A stretch of DNA of 64,000 bases from the human T2T-CHM13v2.0 reference genome, Homo sapiens: assembly GCF_009914755.1 (NCBI RefSeq), contig NC_060930.1; one strand, written 5' to 3'. Below, in pieces: positions 39,741-52,689 of this stretch. The notes beneath the pieces are model-generated. The model worked only from the letters and a program-made list of their open reading frames with translations. It was not told where the DNA came from and made no database searches. The position numbers and the translations under genes are program-made. Within the stretch, counting starts at the first letter, position 1, and every line of letters starts with the position of its first letter.

Positions 39741-39879
39741 ATGTCCATTATCTATATATCAGTTTATTTATAATTAGGTAGCATTGGCCACCATATATGA
39801 TTCATTTCAAAATACTTTGCCTATATATGTGTAAGTTAGCCAGGGATTTAACTTTTTAAGAAGATAGCTTATTTTTTTC

Positions 39880-40060
39880 AAATATGGCTCTGCCATTTTT
39901 ATTGATATGACAAAAGTACTTAAGTTCTATGTGCCTCAGTTTACTCATCAGTTTAATGGACATAGTAGTTTCTATCTCACAGATTTTTGAAGAAAGAATG
40001 AATACAGTAAATAGCTTACAATGTTGTATGACATATAGCAAATGTTTTATCAGTGTAATG
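39880..40060 (+). mobile_element. MIR
   Basis: aagtacttaagttctatgtgcctcagtttactcatc core. Confidence 0.7.
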
Positions 40061-40494
40061 TAGAACGATTATTGTATTATGGTTGTTGATATTGTTATCA
40101 TTGTCTTATTATTGATATGACAACACAGAAATTGTATTTTAGCACAAAGATTTAAGAAAAATTCTTTTTGCTTACAATTTGCATCTGGTGGGAACTAACA
40201 TCTTACAAAAAGTGTTGCAAACAGTAGCTAACAATTTTTTTACCTGCAGATGACTAAGTATATTTTTTCTATGTTACTTCCTCAATGAACTTCTTGCTAC
40301 TTCCTCAAATAAAGTATTTTCATAGGTTCCAAATTAGAAATAAAAGCCATAGCAGTGGCAGCGTCCACTGACCTCCTTTATTAAACAGTGAGTGGGATCA
40401 CTGAACTATTCTATCAACAAATTTATCAAGATCTACTCTGTTGGCCACTAGAGCTGACCTGAATATGATCAAGTTATGTTTCCTGTGTCTAGGA

Positions 40495-40675
40495 CAGAGA
40501 ATAACAATTTTTTTTTCTGCAAAGGGCCAGATAGTAAATATTTCAGGCTTTGTGGGTTATGGGGTTCTAACACAAATATTAAGCTCTACCTCTATAGTGT
40601 GAAAAGCCATGGACAATATGTAAATATAATAAATAGGCATAACCATGTTCCAATAAAATTTTACTTACCAAAAAG
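40495..40675 (+). mobile_element. MER58A (hAT-Charlie)
   Basis: ttttctgcaaagggccagatagtaaatatttcaggctttgtggg...gccatggacaatatgtaaa...tgttccaataaaattttactta. Confidence 0.85.
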
Positions 40676-42299
40676 TATGTGGAACGTTCTATGAAATGAG
40701 GGTAAGACTTCCCTGCTGTCTCCCCTTCAAGGAGTAAAACACTTAAACCCTATGGTTAAACAAAAATGTGGCTGAGGATATCAGGTCAAGAGTATTAAAA
40801 ACTGGGAAACGTTGGAGGTGCTGAAGAATTCTACATTCCCAACATCAGTGGCTTCTTTCATGTGAAAGGAGTTCTTTTAAATTCTTCCTTAGCTCAAGCT
40901 TCTCTCTCACTTCTCACTAGGGAAGAGGAAATTATTTAACTGATTTGTAATTTCAGAATTAGAATACACCTCCTTTTCCTACCTCCTTCTCTCTGGTGAC
41001 CCCCAGGAATTAAATTACTCTCTGCTTCTTCATAGTTTTGAAGAGGCAGGCTCTGTTTCTGAATAGGGAAGCCTGCCCCAATCTAGTGCCAATAACCAGG
41101 TAAGTCTGATTCCCTGAATAGATATTTAGCAAGTCACTTGCCCTCAGATGCAAGCTACATTCTAGTGTTAGCTTCATTAATAATAAAGGTGATATTTTGA
41201 TCTCTCATATTTCTAAGCCATAAATCACTACTTATCTATGATTTATTTTATTTCAGACTTTAATAGGGAAGGGAGGTGCTGTTTATTGTGTGCTTTCTAA
41301 AATTCTAACATGTATTGTCTTATTCATGACACATAGACATAGATTACAATTTTTCAGAGGCTTTTTACGAACTCAGCTAGTGTTTGCAACACTTTTGTAG
41401 GTGGGCATTAAGTTTTAATATGGGGAAAATAACTTTGATCTTGGCAGTCGGCAGAGGCTAAATTGAGCAATTAGATGTTCTTCAATTGACTTTTTAAATG
41501 TGTCTTTAGACTGAGTGAAAATCACACAGGATTTTCAGCATGTTAGGACACATCAGTTTATGGTGTTCCTGTTTATAGATAGGCCACCTTCCTGTGTATC
41601 TTAAGGGAGTGGCATGAAGGCCTTACCTACTTTAAGCAAAAGAGATTGCCTCTAATTTCAGTCAGACCATGAATACCTTCACCCAATACTGGCTGTGTAC
41701 AAGCCTACTAAACAAAGTCAGATTATGTTGATTCAGCAAAGTTATGGGGTTCTGCAGAGACTGCACCTCAGCAAAGGGCATAAGAGCAAAAAAAAAAAAG
41801 TAGCTGTTGCAAGCTTTAGTAAAAATGCTGCTCATGCATGTCAGAAAGCACAATCATGGGCTTGCAAGTTTGAATGAAGGGCCCACTCCAACGCTTTAAC
41901 TGGCTTGGTTGGCCTTAGGTATAGGCAGCTATGGCTTGACATTGAACTACTTAGGTTTTTCTTACACAGTCATGGCTGAGGCTAACATATGATATAGGAA
42001 AAGGATGGTATTCATACTGGCATTAAGCATTTGTGAGTAGCATAACATTTGTTACTTTAAATTATAAGATGAATTATTCCTGTGGATGCTCTAGTTAAGA
42101 TTTACTTTTAAATCATCTGTGCTTAGACCAAGGCAGTGTTATATTAAGTACCCCAAATTCCAGTGGGTACTTAGGACCGAGGAAAATTCAAATCCTTGTC
42201 CTCAGGATTAAGGGCCATAAAACTCTCCAGAGACTAAATGAGTTGCAAAGATAACAAAGGTAAGAAATACAACACATCTTCAAGGACATTTACGGAATT

Positions 42300-42930
42300 A
42301 GGGCTCTGAGGAAAGGAAAGAGAGCCAGGCAAGACAAGCCAAGGCCTGGCCTGAGTTAAATGCTATTCTAATAAGAGGTATCCACTAGATATGATTTTCA
42401 AACAAAAATGTGAAGGGAATAAATACTTGATTGAACAGTAGATGCTTGTGTCAGACTCAGAGCTTACTGATTTAGGAATATGAAAGAAAAAACAAATATT
42501 TGGGCCACAAAGTGGCCCCCAAAAAAGGAAAGAAAGGGTTGAGACCAAGGAAAGAAAGTGCTGCCTCTACTGTGTTAGAAATAAGGGTCCAGCTTAAGGA
42601 GCAGGTTAAATTGCTAAGCACTTGCTGAATTGGCCTGTAGGAAGGAAGAGAAGAACAGGGAAATGTTAGAGAACCCTTTAGGATTAAGAAAAGACAATGT
42701 ATTTAGTAGCCCATGACAGAAGATTGGGTTTTCTCTAAGCCATTAGGAGGCCAAAACTTGAAAAACAACAGAAGCTTCAGTTTAAGACTGCATTGAGGAT
42801 AATTCTCCAACTGAAAGAAACCTAAGGATGTTAAGAGAAGTTTCCATAGGCAGTATGTGACAGTGGACTGACTATGTATTTATTTATGTTTTTGCTCAAT
42901 AGGCAACAACTCCTTGTTTAACTATTCATT
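42300..42930 (+). mobile_element. Possible MLT1-int (old MaLR internal) fragment running into an LTR start
   Basis: Purine-rich sequence with ggctctgaggaaagg, gggttgagaccaag and aagagaagtttcc, followed by tgtgacagtggactgact. Resemblance by eye only. Confidence 0.3.
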
Positions 42931-45900
42931 GATCCAAACCAAGGTGGTGAAAAAATCACTGTTCAGTGTGTCTTTTCCCTTTCCAAACCTAACACCCACT
43001 CAATGTCCTGATTACTAGGCTCTAGCAGAAATCCAGAGAACATTTCCTAGTTTTCTATAATCATTTCACTTAGAAAATCCTCTCAATGATTATAGAAGAT
43101 TAGTTCTGAGCCCCAAGATTGCTAACCACCAAATGAAGCATGTCATATACTCAGTTGAGGATGCTATTAGTAAATTCCTCCAAAATAAAGCACTTCAGAT
43201 GGACTGAATTTCATATAATGAATCCAAAGGCAAATATGTATTAATTATTGGGCCTAAGGGTTATTGAAGTAGACTAGTGCCAATGTTTACTATTCATTAA
43301 TTTATTAGTCAACAAATATTCATATTTCTATATTATGATTATATAAATACTGAGGATTTATATTTAAAGATAATAGCAGACTCAGAAAGAACCCAAGAGA
43401 AAATAGACAAAGGAAATTATATGCTGGTTTTAAAGAAGTAATAGCTATTTAAAAAGTATTGTTTTTCCACTGTAACCTTTTATTGTAATCAAATGTGATT
43501 AAACCTAGTTACAGAGAATCTCAAAATTCTGTGAATACAGGGTTTGTAATATTAGAAATAAAAAGGTTAAATACTTAATTCCTGGGACTTAGACTGTTTT
43601 GTGACATGGAAAGTTATGCTTAAATTGGCTCAAAGTAAAGCGAGAATACAGTTATTTCTGTGGCTTTGCAAAATGACATATCACAATCAATTCCATAATA
43701 TTTTAGTTTTAAAAAATATCCTCTGTGAGAAACAAAGTATCTTACAGTATCTTGCATTGTCTTACAACTCGCTCCAGAGTATCTGTCAGATAACAAGAGA
43801 TCAACAGCTATGATGCACCAACAAAATCCAAAAGAATTCAAGGGATTTTGAATAATAGGTTATTTTTAAAGAGGTAGCATTTTGTTAGTTTTACAATCAT
43901 CATGGTGTATATAACTCATTGTCAAATTATTGATTTAACATATTTACTGCTAAGTAGACACGGGCACAATTATTACAGTTGATGAATTGCTTGCACATTG
44001 GCAGAGCAGCAGGCATGCGGTCTGTATGTTAAAAATATAAACTTCAATTAGAAGCTATCCCTGGATCTGTTTCTAAGGAAAACTATCCATGTGTTCCACA
44101 TGATCAATTCTGGAATAAACCAAAAGTCAACGTAGAATAATATAGAATCATGAATCCCCAAGGAACCCTAAAGGGTCATCTAATTCAGCCTGTGGCTGCC
44201 TTCACATAAATCATCCAGGCTTAATGAACTTTGGAAGGCTTTTAAGAGAGATAACTAGGGAAGGAGGTGACCATATTCCTAGAAGTGGAATCTTCTCCTG
44301 CAAAGAGCCTACAGCCATTCTGTTACAATTTACACTAATTTATTATTTTTTACAGTTAATACACTAGAAAATACAGGTCACTATAATAAATGACATAGCT
44401 AGGATAATTATTCTAGTTCAGAATTTCAGAATATTGGTCCAAGCTTTTTTCCTCATACACCATCATTATAGTACAGGTAAAAAGGAATGCAAAGATAAGG
44501 TTTTCTAAACATTGGCTCATTAAAAAAATCATTTAGCATTTGTGTGTAAACTGATCTATAGAGATTTATTGGCACTTAATCAAGAGAGACAGTTTGGAGT
44601 GCTTTTTCATGCTAAGCAGACATAACATTTTTGAAGAAAATCTTAGAAAGAGAGAATCTTATTACAGCCGCCACTTTATATGACAGTTTATTATTGCCAA
44701 AATGTTTGTTAATGTATAAACTGCTTATACATTATTCTTAACCTGAAATCATATAGAGAGAGCAAAAAGAGAAAGAAACAAAAAACAGCTGAAAAATGGT
44801 AATGATATATGCACTTTTCAGAAATATAATACCATAGAAAACTAAAACCATATCTAATCTATTTAGGTCATTTCCTTAGTACAGCAACAATAAAATAAGC
44901 ATAATTGGGAATTAATATCCATTTAAAATGTATATTAAAATATTGCTTATGTCCTAACAAAATTATCAGTGAAGTGTCAATATAAATATTTTAGAACTAA
45001 AAGAAGATAAAAAGCTGATATTAATCCTTATCTTTTTTCATTTATTTTAAAACTATAAGGATATATTAAATGTGGGATACTATCAATAATTTCACAGTTT
45101 TATAATTTTTATGTGTACTTTCTAGTGAGTATTTACATATGTTATTTTTTAAACTGTACAATATGCCTCTGTACTAGATTGTAAAGGTGTACCTACAGCA
45201 TAATATTTTTTAATTTATATCAATACCTATTATTTGAGTATTTACTATGTGTTAGTGCTAGAAGTCAAAACCAATAGAAATATAAAAGTAGTTCTAGGCC
45301 TCAAGGGATATGAACAATTAGTCATACCTTTGTTTTTCTAGAATAAATTTTACAGAACTTAAATCTAATGTAATATATGAACCCAGATCCCAGTTGAACA
45401 AAATGTCTCAAACCACTGGATGGCAACATGAGATTTTCTACATTTAATTACCTATGTTATCTGTAAGTTCAACCCAATTATTTGTATAGTTCATACTTGA
45501 TTAAATTTGGTTTTAAATACATGAAACTGTTAAGTTGTTTTGACCTATTTTCAAAAAAGGATGGAAGATTTTTAGGTAATACAATTTAAAAAAATAATCT
45601 CTTCTGATAATTCAATATTAATAAATTCACCAGAAGAATTTTCAAATACCCTTAATTTGGCCAAATTCTAAGCTAGAAGTAGGAAGTCAAGCAAATATAA
45701 TAGCAAGTATAATTGCTTGGCTCAGCCAAACTTGGACTTCAGAATCACTCCAGATATAACAATCATACAATTGCATGCTCACTGGCAGATTCTCTCCTTT
45801 TACCTGGAAAGTGCTCATAAAATCAAAAAGAGATGTAATTGTTTACAAAGTGCTATTGTGGTTGGCACCATGGGACACCCAGTTTACTGTGTTGTAATAG

Positions 45901-46934
45901 ACTATTGTTAAAATGAAATTAAACAGATGAGTATTCACTATTTATTATTTATAAGACACTCTGCCATATGCAAATGCAAATAGATAATTGGCCAAGAAAT
46001 TATTTCAAAACAAAGTCTGGGAAAATTCTCATGTATAAATAACTTTAGAACAAAGAAGACTAACTATGTTTATAATAAAAATAAAATAGAGTACACATGA
46101 ATTAATTAAAACAAATTATCTGCTTAAATATTCTTCAGTGAAAAGTAAACGTAGCAGAGGCAACATGTAGATAGCATGCTAAAGTTACAAGACTTTGTCA
46201 TCGTATCCATGGAAAAGTATATAGGCTTTGGAAATATGCTTCTAATATTCAACCTTTCTGTGCTTCTTTGTAATAGGAGAATAAAATCCAGAGTTGTTAG
46301 GAGAAGTAACAAGTTAATACTCGTAAAGTGATTTGTATGGTGCCAGGCACATAGTAAACCTTTAGGAATTATTTGATATTATTTAATCTATTTCTATATG
46401 ATCTGATACTTTGTTTCTTACTTAGCACAGTAGAGCACATTTTTCATTATGTTATGGTAATGCTTTAGTTGGAGAAGAATGATGAAAAAATGCTGTCTCA
46501 TAGAAAGACAAAAGAACTATGAAGAACCCAGCTTTCTGTTCTTTAGTTTTCAGTGCTCACATACTGCTTTTTTATGGAGAGATTTATTAGAGATTAGAGA
46601 ACTTGCAATGTAAGAAAATATGTTCACAGGTTTTACTGAAATTTATAATATATCATTGTACATAGACCATAGAAATATAAAATCTAACTTCAAAATACTT
46701 TTTGCTAAGTGGATTTTAACTGTGGTTAAGGGGCTTTCAAATTCAAATTTGTAAAACACTAGTCTCTAGTGGTCAGACAATTGAGCTTTTCTTTTTTGTA
46801 TACACATGTGTACTTGTGGTGTGTTAAGTGTACATATCAATATGCATAATATTTTCACGATGTAAATAAATCCATTTACTAGTTATTCAAAATAGAAAAA
46901 AGTATGCCAATATTGGAAATATAAAAATTTACTA

Positions 46935-47056
46935 TAGATTTTATATTAAAATATCAATATAAATATTTTAATTAATATAAAAATTTTAATATAAAAATAT
47001 TTTATGTTAAAATATTAAATTTTAATATAAAATATTCAGTTTTAATATAAAATCTA
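46935..47056. repeat. AT-rich quasi-palindromic low-complexity block bounded by perfect 17-bp inverted repeats
   Basis: tagattttatattaaaa (46935-46951) and ttttaatataaaatcta (47040-47056), with internal ttttaatataaaa units. Confidence 0.85.
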
Positions 47057-48949
47057 CTAATTTCTTATTTTTGTTTTAGGTACTTGTTAATGCAATGTTT
47101 CTTCTATCAGCTTAGACTGATAGAATATTGACATTAGATAAATTGAAATTCTGATTTTTTTAAAATAACGTACTTCATCAAAAGGCATAACATGAACCAT
47201 TTGTTTCCTCATTAAAATGTTAAGGAGTTGGCATCTAACATTACATATTTTTATATACTTCTGGTTACATATTGTGGAGCCCTTTACAAAGGTTGTCTTC
47301 TTTCTGAATTCATGATTAATCTTTAGAGGACACATGCTTCATGAAGAGGCCTCACAAATGAATAACGTAATGATAGTGACTCAAGCACACTTTGGCACAG
47401 TCTGAAAAGGCAGTCACCCAGCAAAGCAATTAATGTCAGAACTAATTTAGTTCTCAGCGAATTTTATTAATGATTAGAATGTTTATTCATTTAAAAAACT
47501 CTGTCTCTCTATAGCATGAATTGAAACTGTGAATTAAGAAGTGAACAATAGGTATCCTTCCTTTTCATGAAAGTGGAAATCTAGGGTTCAGACCGAATTG
47601 CAATGTAGGGAACCTGGGCCATATAAGACTATTGCCCCGAATAACAATATAATACACTAAAACTGAAAATGAATGGTCAACAGTTAATAAATATTGAGCA
47701 TCTACCATATACCAAGCACAATACCATATGTTTTATAAGATTTCCTCAAGTAAAATATTTTCTTTTAGTGACTAGTTATAAAATATGTCATGGTAGTTAA
47801 AAGATAGAAGGTAATGTCTAACTGTTTAATTTTGTCATACAAATCAATATTTTACAATACACATTAAAAGCAATTTTTATCATCAATAACAGAGGCAAAC
47901 TCTTATAACTCAGAGTCCAAATATTTATGCTTTTAATTTATTTGTAATTAATGATGACAGAAACCTCTGGTTTGTGGTATGTGTATCTCTCCAGCATTCA
48001 AATTAAGATGTGAATGCTTCAAGTCAGATTACAAGGAATAATAATATAAGGCCTTTTAAAATTCAACGCAGTGCAATAAAATGTGTAGTATTACAAGAAA
48101 TGAAGTAACTAGACAGACGAAAGATTCATAAATATTGAAAAAGCAAAGGAACTTTTTAAATTTTTTTCAGTATATTAATGACTAAAATGTTGGGAACTGA
48201 GATTAGCATTAACCACAGACAAATGGACAGTGCTTGGAAGAATAAAAATGTATTTTAAAACTTCTATATAAAGCATCAGTTTTTACTATGCATAAAACCA
48301 CACTTTTTTGTTTTAATCATGCATATTATGTGGTAGAACTATTAAAAGAGAGGAAACCTTTAAATACATCAACACCACAGACACTAAAATCAACAGAAAA
48401 TTTTAAGTTTTAAAAATTGCACAAAGTCTACAGAAACCCAGTAATTTATCCTACCAATGAACTAATTATTTATTAGGTTGAAATGACCAACATTAACTAA
48501 TATTTGGAGGAAAAGGATGGGGTGGATAATAATAAGAAGAAGAATATCATCCAATATGAAGAGCTTTTAATGGGATCTATGTAATTGTTTGGAGACAACT
48601 ATATCCACAAGCTTATAAAGCAATTTAAATGTTAAACCTAAATTTAGAAAAAATATTATGTTTGCACATAAAGCTTTGTTACCCTAAAATGAAAAGTAAC
48701 AAAATAAACCACAACTCCTTATTTAACTATGGAATATTTCTGACCATCTTATCTTAGAAAAAAAAATCTTTAAACTCCTCAAAATATATATTTACTTGAT
48801 AGAAATTAGATTTTTCAAATTATTATCTCCTTGAGTATCAGGCAAGTTTCAATTCTAATAGACATTTTCAAATTTTCAGAAATATTTTTACTGAACCCAG
48901 AGAATACTAAGAAAATATTTGAAATTTTTATTTAAACTTTATGCAAATA

Positions 48950-49190
48950 ATAGCTAACAAAAAATATTTATTTACATTTCTTTGTGCCAGTACTGGTCTA
49001 GACACTTTTTACGGTCTCAACTTTAACGGCTAATGTAATATTCATAAACTATCTTATAAAATAAGTACCATTATCCTCTCTTTGCAGATGAGTAAACTGA
49101 GGCACAGAGAGTGCTAAAATATATTGCCTGAGATAACACATATAGTGTTTCAAAGACATAACTCACAAGCAGAGCTTATACCCTTAAACT
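48950..49190 (-). mobile_element. MIR
   Basis: taagtaccattatcctctctttgcagatgagtaaactgaggcacagagag. Confidence 0.75.
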
Positions 49191-51078
49191 CTTATAAGCT
49201 ATGTTATAAAGGTGACTTTGTACTGCAGGTTTCTTATAAAAGTAAATTATTCTTCTCTCTGTTAATGTCATAATGCAAGAAAATAAGATAAACATTAATA
49301 ATCATTAAGCATACACTTAAATAGCATGTGCTATTCCTTGTTCTAAACACTTTACATATATTAATCCCTTTAATGCCAAGAGATTTTAATCATAGAACTT
49401 CAAGCCTGGAATGTACAGCACCCTTATTTTATGAGAATGCTATAGCCAAGAGAAAACAAGCAACACCCAGAAAATTGTTAACTTTGACAATTGAAGAAAT
49501 TTGAAGTAATTTTTGTATTACTTATTGTACTATGCATATAACCTATATCTTTTTTCAATAATAAATCAATTTATTAGTTACATAAAAGAGTATGTAATTG
49601 CTACATCAGAAATGAGAAAGTGGGAAATGTGAAAGGTAAATTGTCAAAAGTTCATAAATATAATTAAATAGGATCAATGTCTGAAGTCCATGTATTCATA
49701 ACCAAATTCTAATGATTTCTGCTGAGTATTATTCAATACTTAACATACATTTGTAGACATTTTTGTTTCACAGTCATTTTTAAGAACGTGTTGTATGTCT
49801 AAAACTATGCTAGGCAATTTTGACACAGATTAAAATATGCCCCTTTGCTTACATATGGAGCCATCTGAAGTCCCAGTTCATGCTGGTCCTGTTTTTTTGT
49901 TGTTGTTGTTGTTGTTGTTTTCTATTTAGCCTTTGTCTTGAATGAGAGTGTCCTAATTTGGATGTTGCCCCCACACACACCAAAAGATTCTGGATTTTAG
50001 TCATGACGAAGACAAGGAATTATGTAATTAACCTTCTTAAATATTAGTTTGAAGAATATACAAGATGCTGGGTGTGTGGAGAAGAACAATTAACTCTACC
50101 CAGGGAGTTACTTCGGAGATCTACAGCTGGAATGGAGGATTAAAAATGGAATGGGAATCCATCAGGTGGTTAAAGTGATGATAGACATGAGGAAGTAATG
50201 TAGAGAGAAGCAAATAAATTAGTACAGATAGCATTTAGCAGAGATACAGTAAAAGGAGAGACTAGTCTGGGTCAAACTGAATGTTTCAGTCAGTGCCTTC
50301 TCTGCTTTAAGCACAGTTCTAGAGGCTAAAGATACAATGGTGAAATGGAGAGAATTTCTTCTTCCTTCTGCTAATGTCATAATGCAAGTAAATTCGAAAG
50401 CATTGAAAGGAGACTGAACACAAAATATGAATAAACTAGAATAGAACACCTGGAGCAATCTTAAGTTGTAATTCCTATTAAAAATATTTTGCCATGTTAA
50501 TTCATCTATGTCTAGAGAAATAACTGGAGCATTGAGGAAAAAAAGTAGGAGAGGCATTTCTTTCTTTTCATTTATAATTTTTATTTCTGATTCAGAAGCC
50601 TTTATTATCTAATAATAAACAGCTAATAAAGTAGCAAACTACAGCAGACATGACTCTAAACAAGAAGGAATATAAAAACCAAATAGCAGAGCTGCAAATC
50701 AAAATGATTAAATATAAGAAATCATCTAGCAAGACTTTCCAGAGCCCATAAAAAGGGAAAATCTGCTCACATCTAGAAAAGGGAGGCAGGATTATAAATA
50801 AGAACAGGCAAAAGCCAAACTATTGACTAAATTGCAAGTAAACAAAAAGAAACAGTCACTTTATGATAGAAATGTAGAACATTTGGCTAAATGGAACAAT
50901 GAATGCTTCGTTAAAAGGAAATGTTATTAAGTACTTTACATATAGATGATCAATTTTCAGAATTTTTCTAACCTCCTGCAGTCTTTCTATATCAGTAGGT
51001 CCCCTTCAGTTTCTAAGAATGTTCTCCTCCCTTTTGTAAAATGATTTACAAGGCCAAGTTCTGTATTCCATTGTATTC

Positions 51079-51155
51079 TTTTTTTTTAATTATACTTTAA
51101 GTTCTAGCGTACATGTGCACAACGTGCAGGTTTGTTACACATGTATACATGCGCC
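51079..51155 (-). mobile_element. Severely 5'-truncated L1PA4-5 3' tip (~75 bp)
   Basis: tttttaattatactttaagttctagcgtacatgtgcacaacgtgcaggtttgttacacatgtatacatgcgcc. Confidence 0.85.
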
Positions 51156-51599
51156 TATCTTAACTGAGTTAGTTCTCAACATTCAGACTGGACTCAACAT
51201 CACAACATGGGTGACTGGAATAACTCCCCTTCTCCTTACACTTAAGTTTACTATTTCTCCTCAATTAAGAACTGCCAAGAGGTACTGGGATGAAAGTAGA
51301 TTTTTCCTTCTTTTCAGAACCATCTTCTCCCCAATACATGGGTCCCATACTTGGGACCAGGATATACAGGAACTCCAATTGTCAAAGGGACTAAGGGGTC
51401 CTGAAGGAAGGTATTATTTCAGCTTATTTTGTGAGCTGCATGGCCAACAGTATCTTCACTAGAACATAGTAGAGTTGGATAATTGTCTTATTCACACAGT
51501 GCTAGAAAAACTCACATCACAAGGATGATTTCCTGCATTATATGTGTAAAATTCAACTTCTGAACTGAATATATTTCTGTCCATGCTATCCTCATTGTC

Positions 51600-52020
51600 T
51601 CAAGAGGGGAAATTGCCTCTCATCTGGTCTCTTGGGTCTGATTTCATTTATCCTCAAACCATTCTCCACAGAGCAGCTAAAGTTATTTTTAATGCAATCT
51701 GATTATGGCACTTGGATTATTAAAATTTAATGAGTTCATTACTTTCTATAGAATAAAGTCCAAATACCTTAGATATATTCTCAGACTTTCACCACCTACT
51801 TTCTCTGAGGCATCTTTCCTGATTTTCCAGGCAAAATGTATTGCACCCAGGACTGTACCCTTCATATACTGTGTACAGTTGTTTGTTTCTCTCACTATTC
51901 TTTATTTCTGCCATTCTACAAGTTCCTAATATCTACTCCTTTCTCTCACACTTAGCACGTAATGACATCCAAATAAACTGTTATTAGTTCAATGGATTAA
52001 TGAGTGAGTGAGTGAGTAAA
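51600..52020 (+). mobile_element. L2 fragments
   Basis: attctccacagagcagctaaagttatttttaatgcaatctgattatg..tagaataaagtccaaatacctt..aaataaactgtt..gagtgagtgagt. Confidence 0.6.
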
Positions 52021-52094
52021 TGCACACACCTGTCTCGGACAATGGCTTGGTTCTGCATGGAACTTTTGGTCTTTTCATATTTGTAGTTCCACTT

Positions 52095-52310
52095 GGTGTA
52101 ACAGTGGATTGAAAAAACCACTACTCTTAACATTGGAATATGTGACCTTAAATTCTGGTACCATTTTATACCTCATGAATGTTATATTCTTTGGCTTCTC
52201 TGGGCCCATTTTCCAGTCTATGAAATACAGTTTCTTACAGAAGAGTTATAAGCATCAAATATGATTAATGTATGCAGAAGCTTCTCAATAGCTTAGGTAA
52301 ATGTGTAAAT
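52095..52310 (+). mobile_element. MIR
   Basis: ttaaattctggtaccatt..cttctctgggcccattttccagtctatgaaat..atcaaatatgattaatgtatgc. Confidence 0.55.
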
Positions 52311-52613
52311 ATCTAAGGTACCACTGTTAATTGTTATAAATATCTATATGATAATACAATAATCACCACTATTGATTATTATAAATAGGTACCACTCTTG
52401 ATTATTCTGTTACTACTTAAAAACTGATAAATTCCTGTGATTTATAATTACTGTGATATGTAAGATTATTATTATCACATGTAAGGTAGCAGAAGTAGCC
52501 AAGCCTACTTCTCTCAGTAGACTGAATAAATGTTTATATTATTTTAATGCTAAGATAATAAAGAACAGATTGCCCTACTCACCCTGGTTGGGGCTAGAGT
52601 TGGCCATATGTGA

Positions 52614-52689
52614 TACATACATGTTGGTGGGAATGTAATATCCATGGATATTACTACATACATGTTGGTGGGAATGTAATATCCATGGA
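52614..52689. repeat. Perfect 35-bp direct duplication with 6-bp fold-back spacer
   Basis: tacatacatgttggtgggaatgtaatatccatgga at 52614-52648 and 52655-52689; spacer tattac. Confidence 0.97.
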
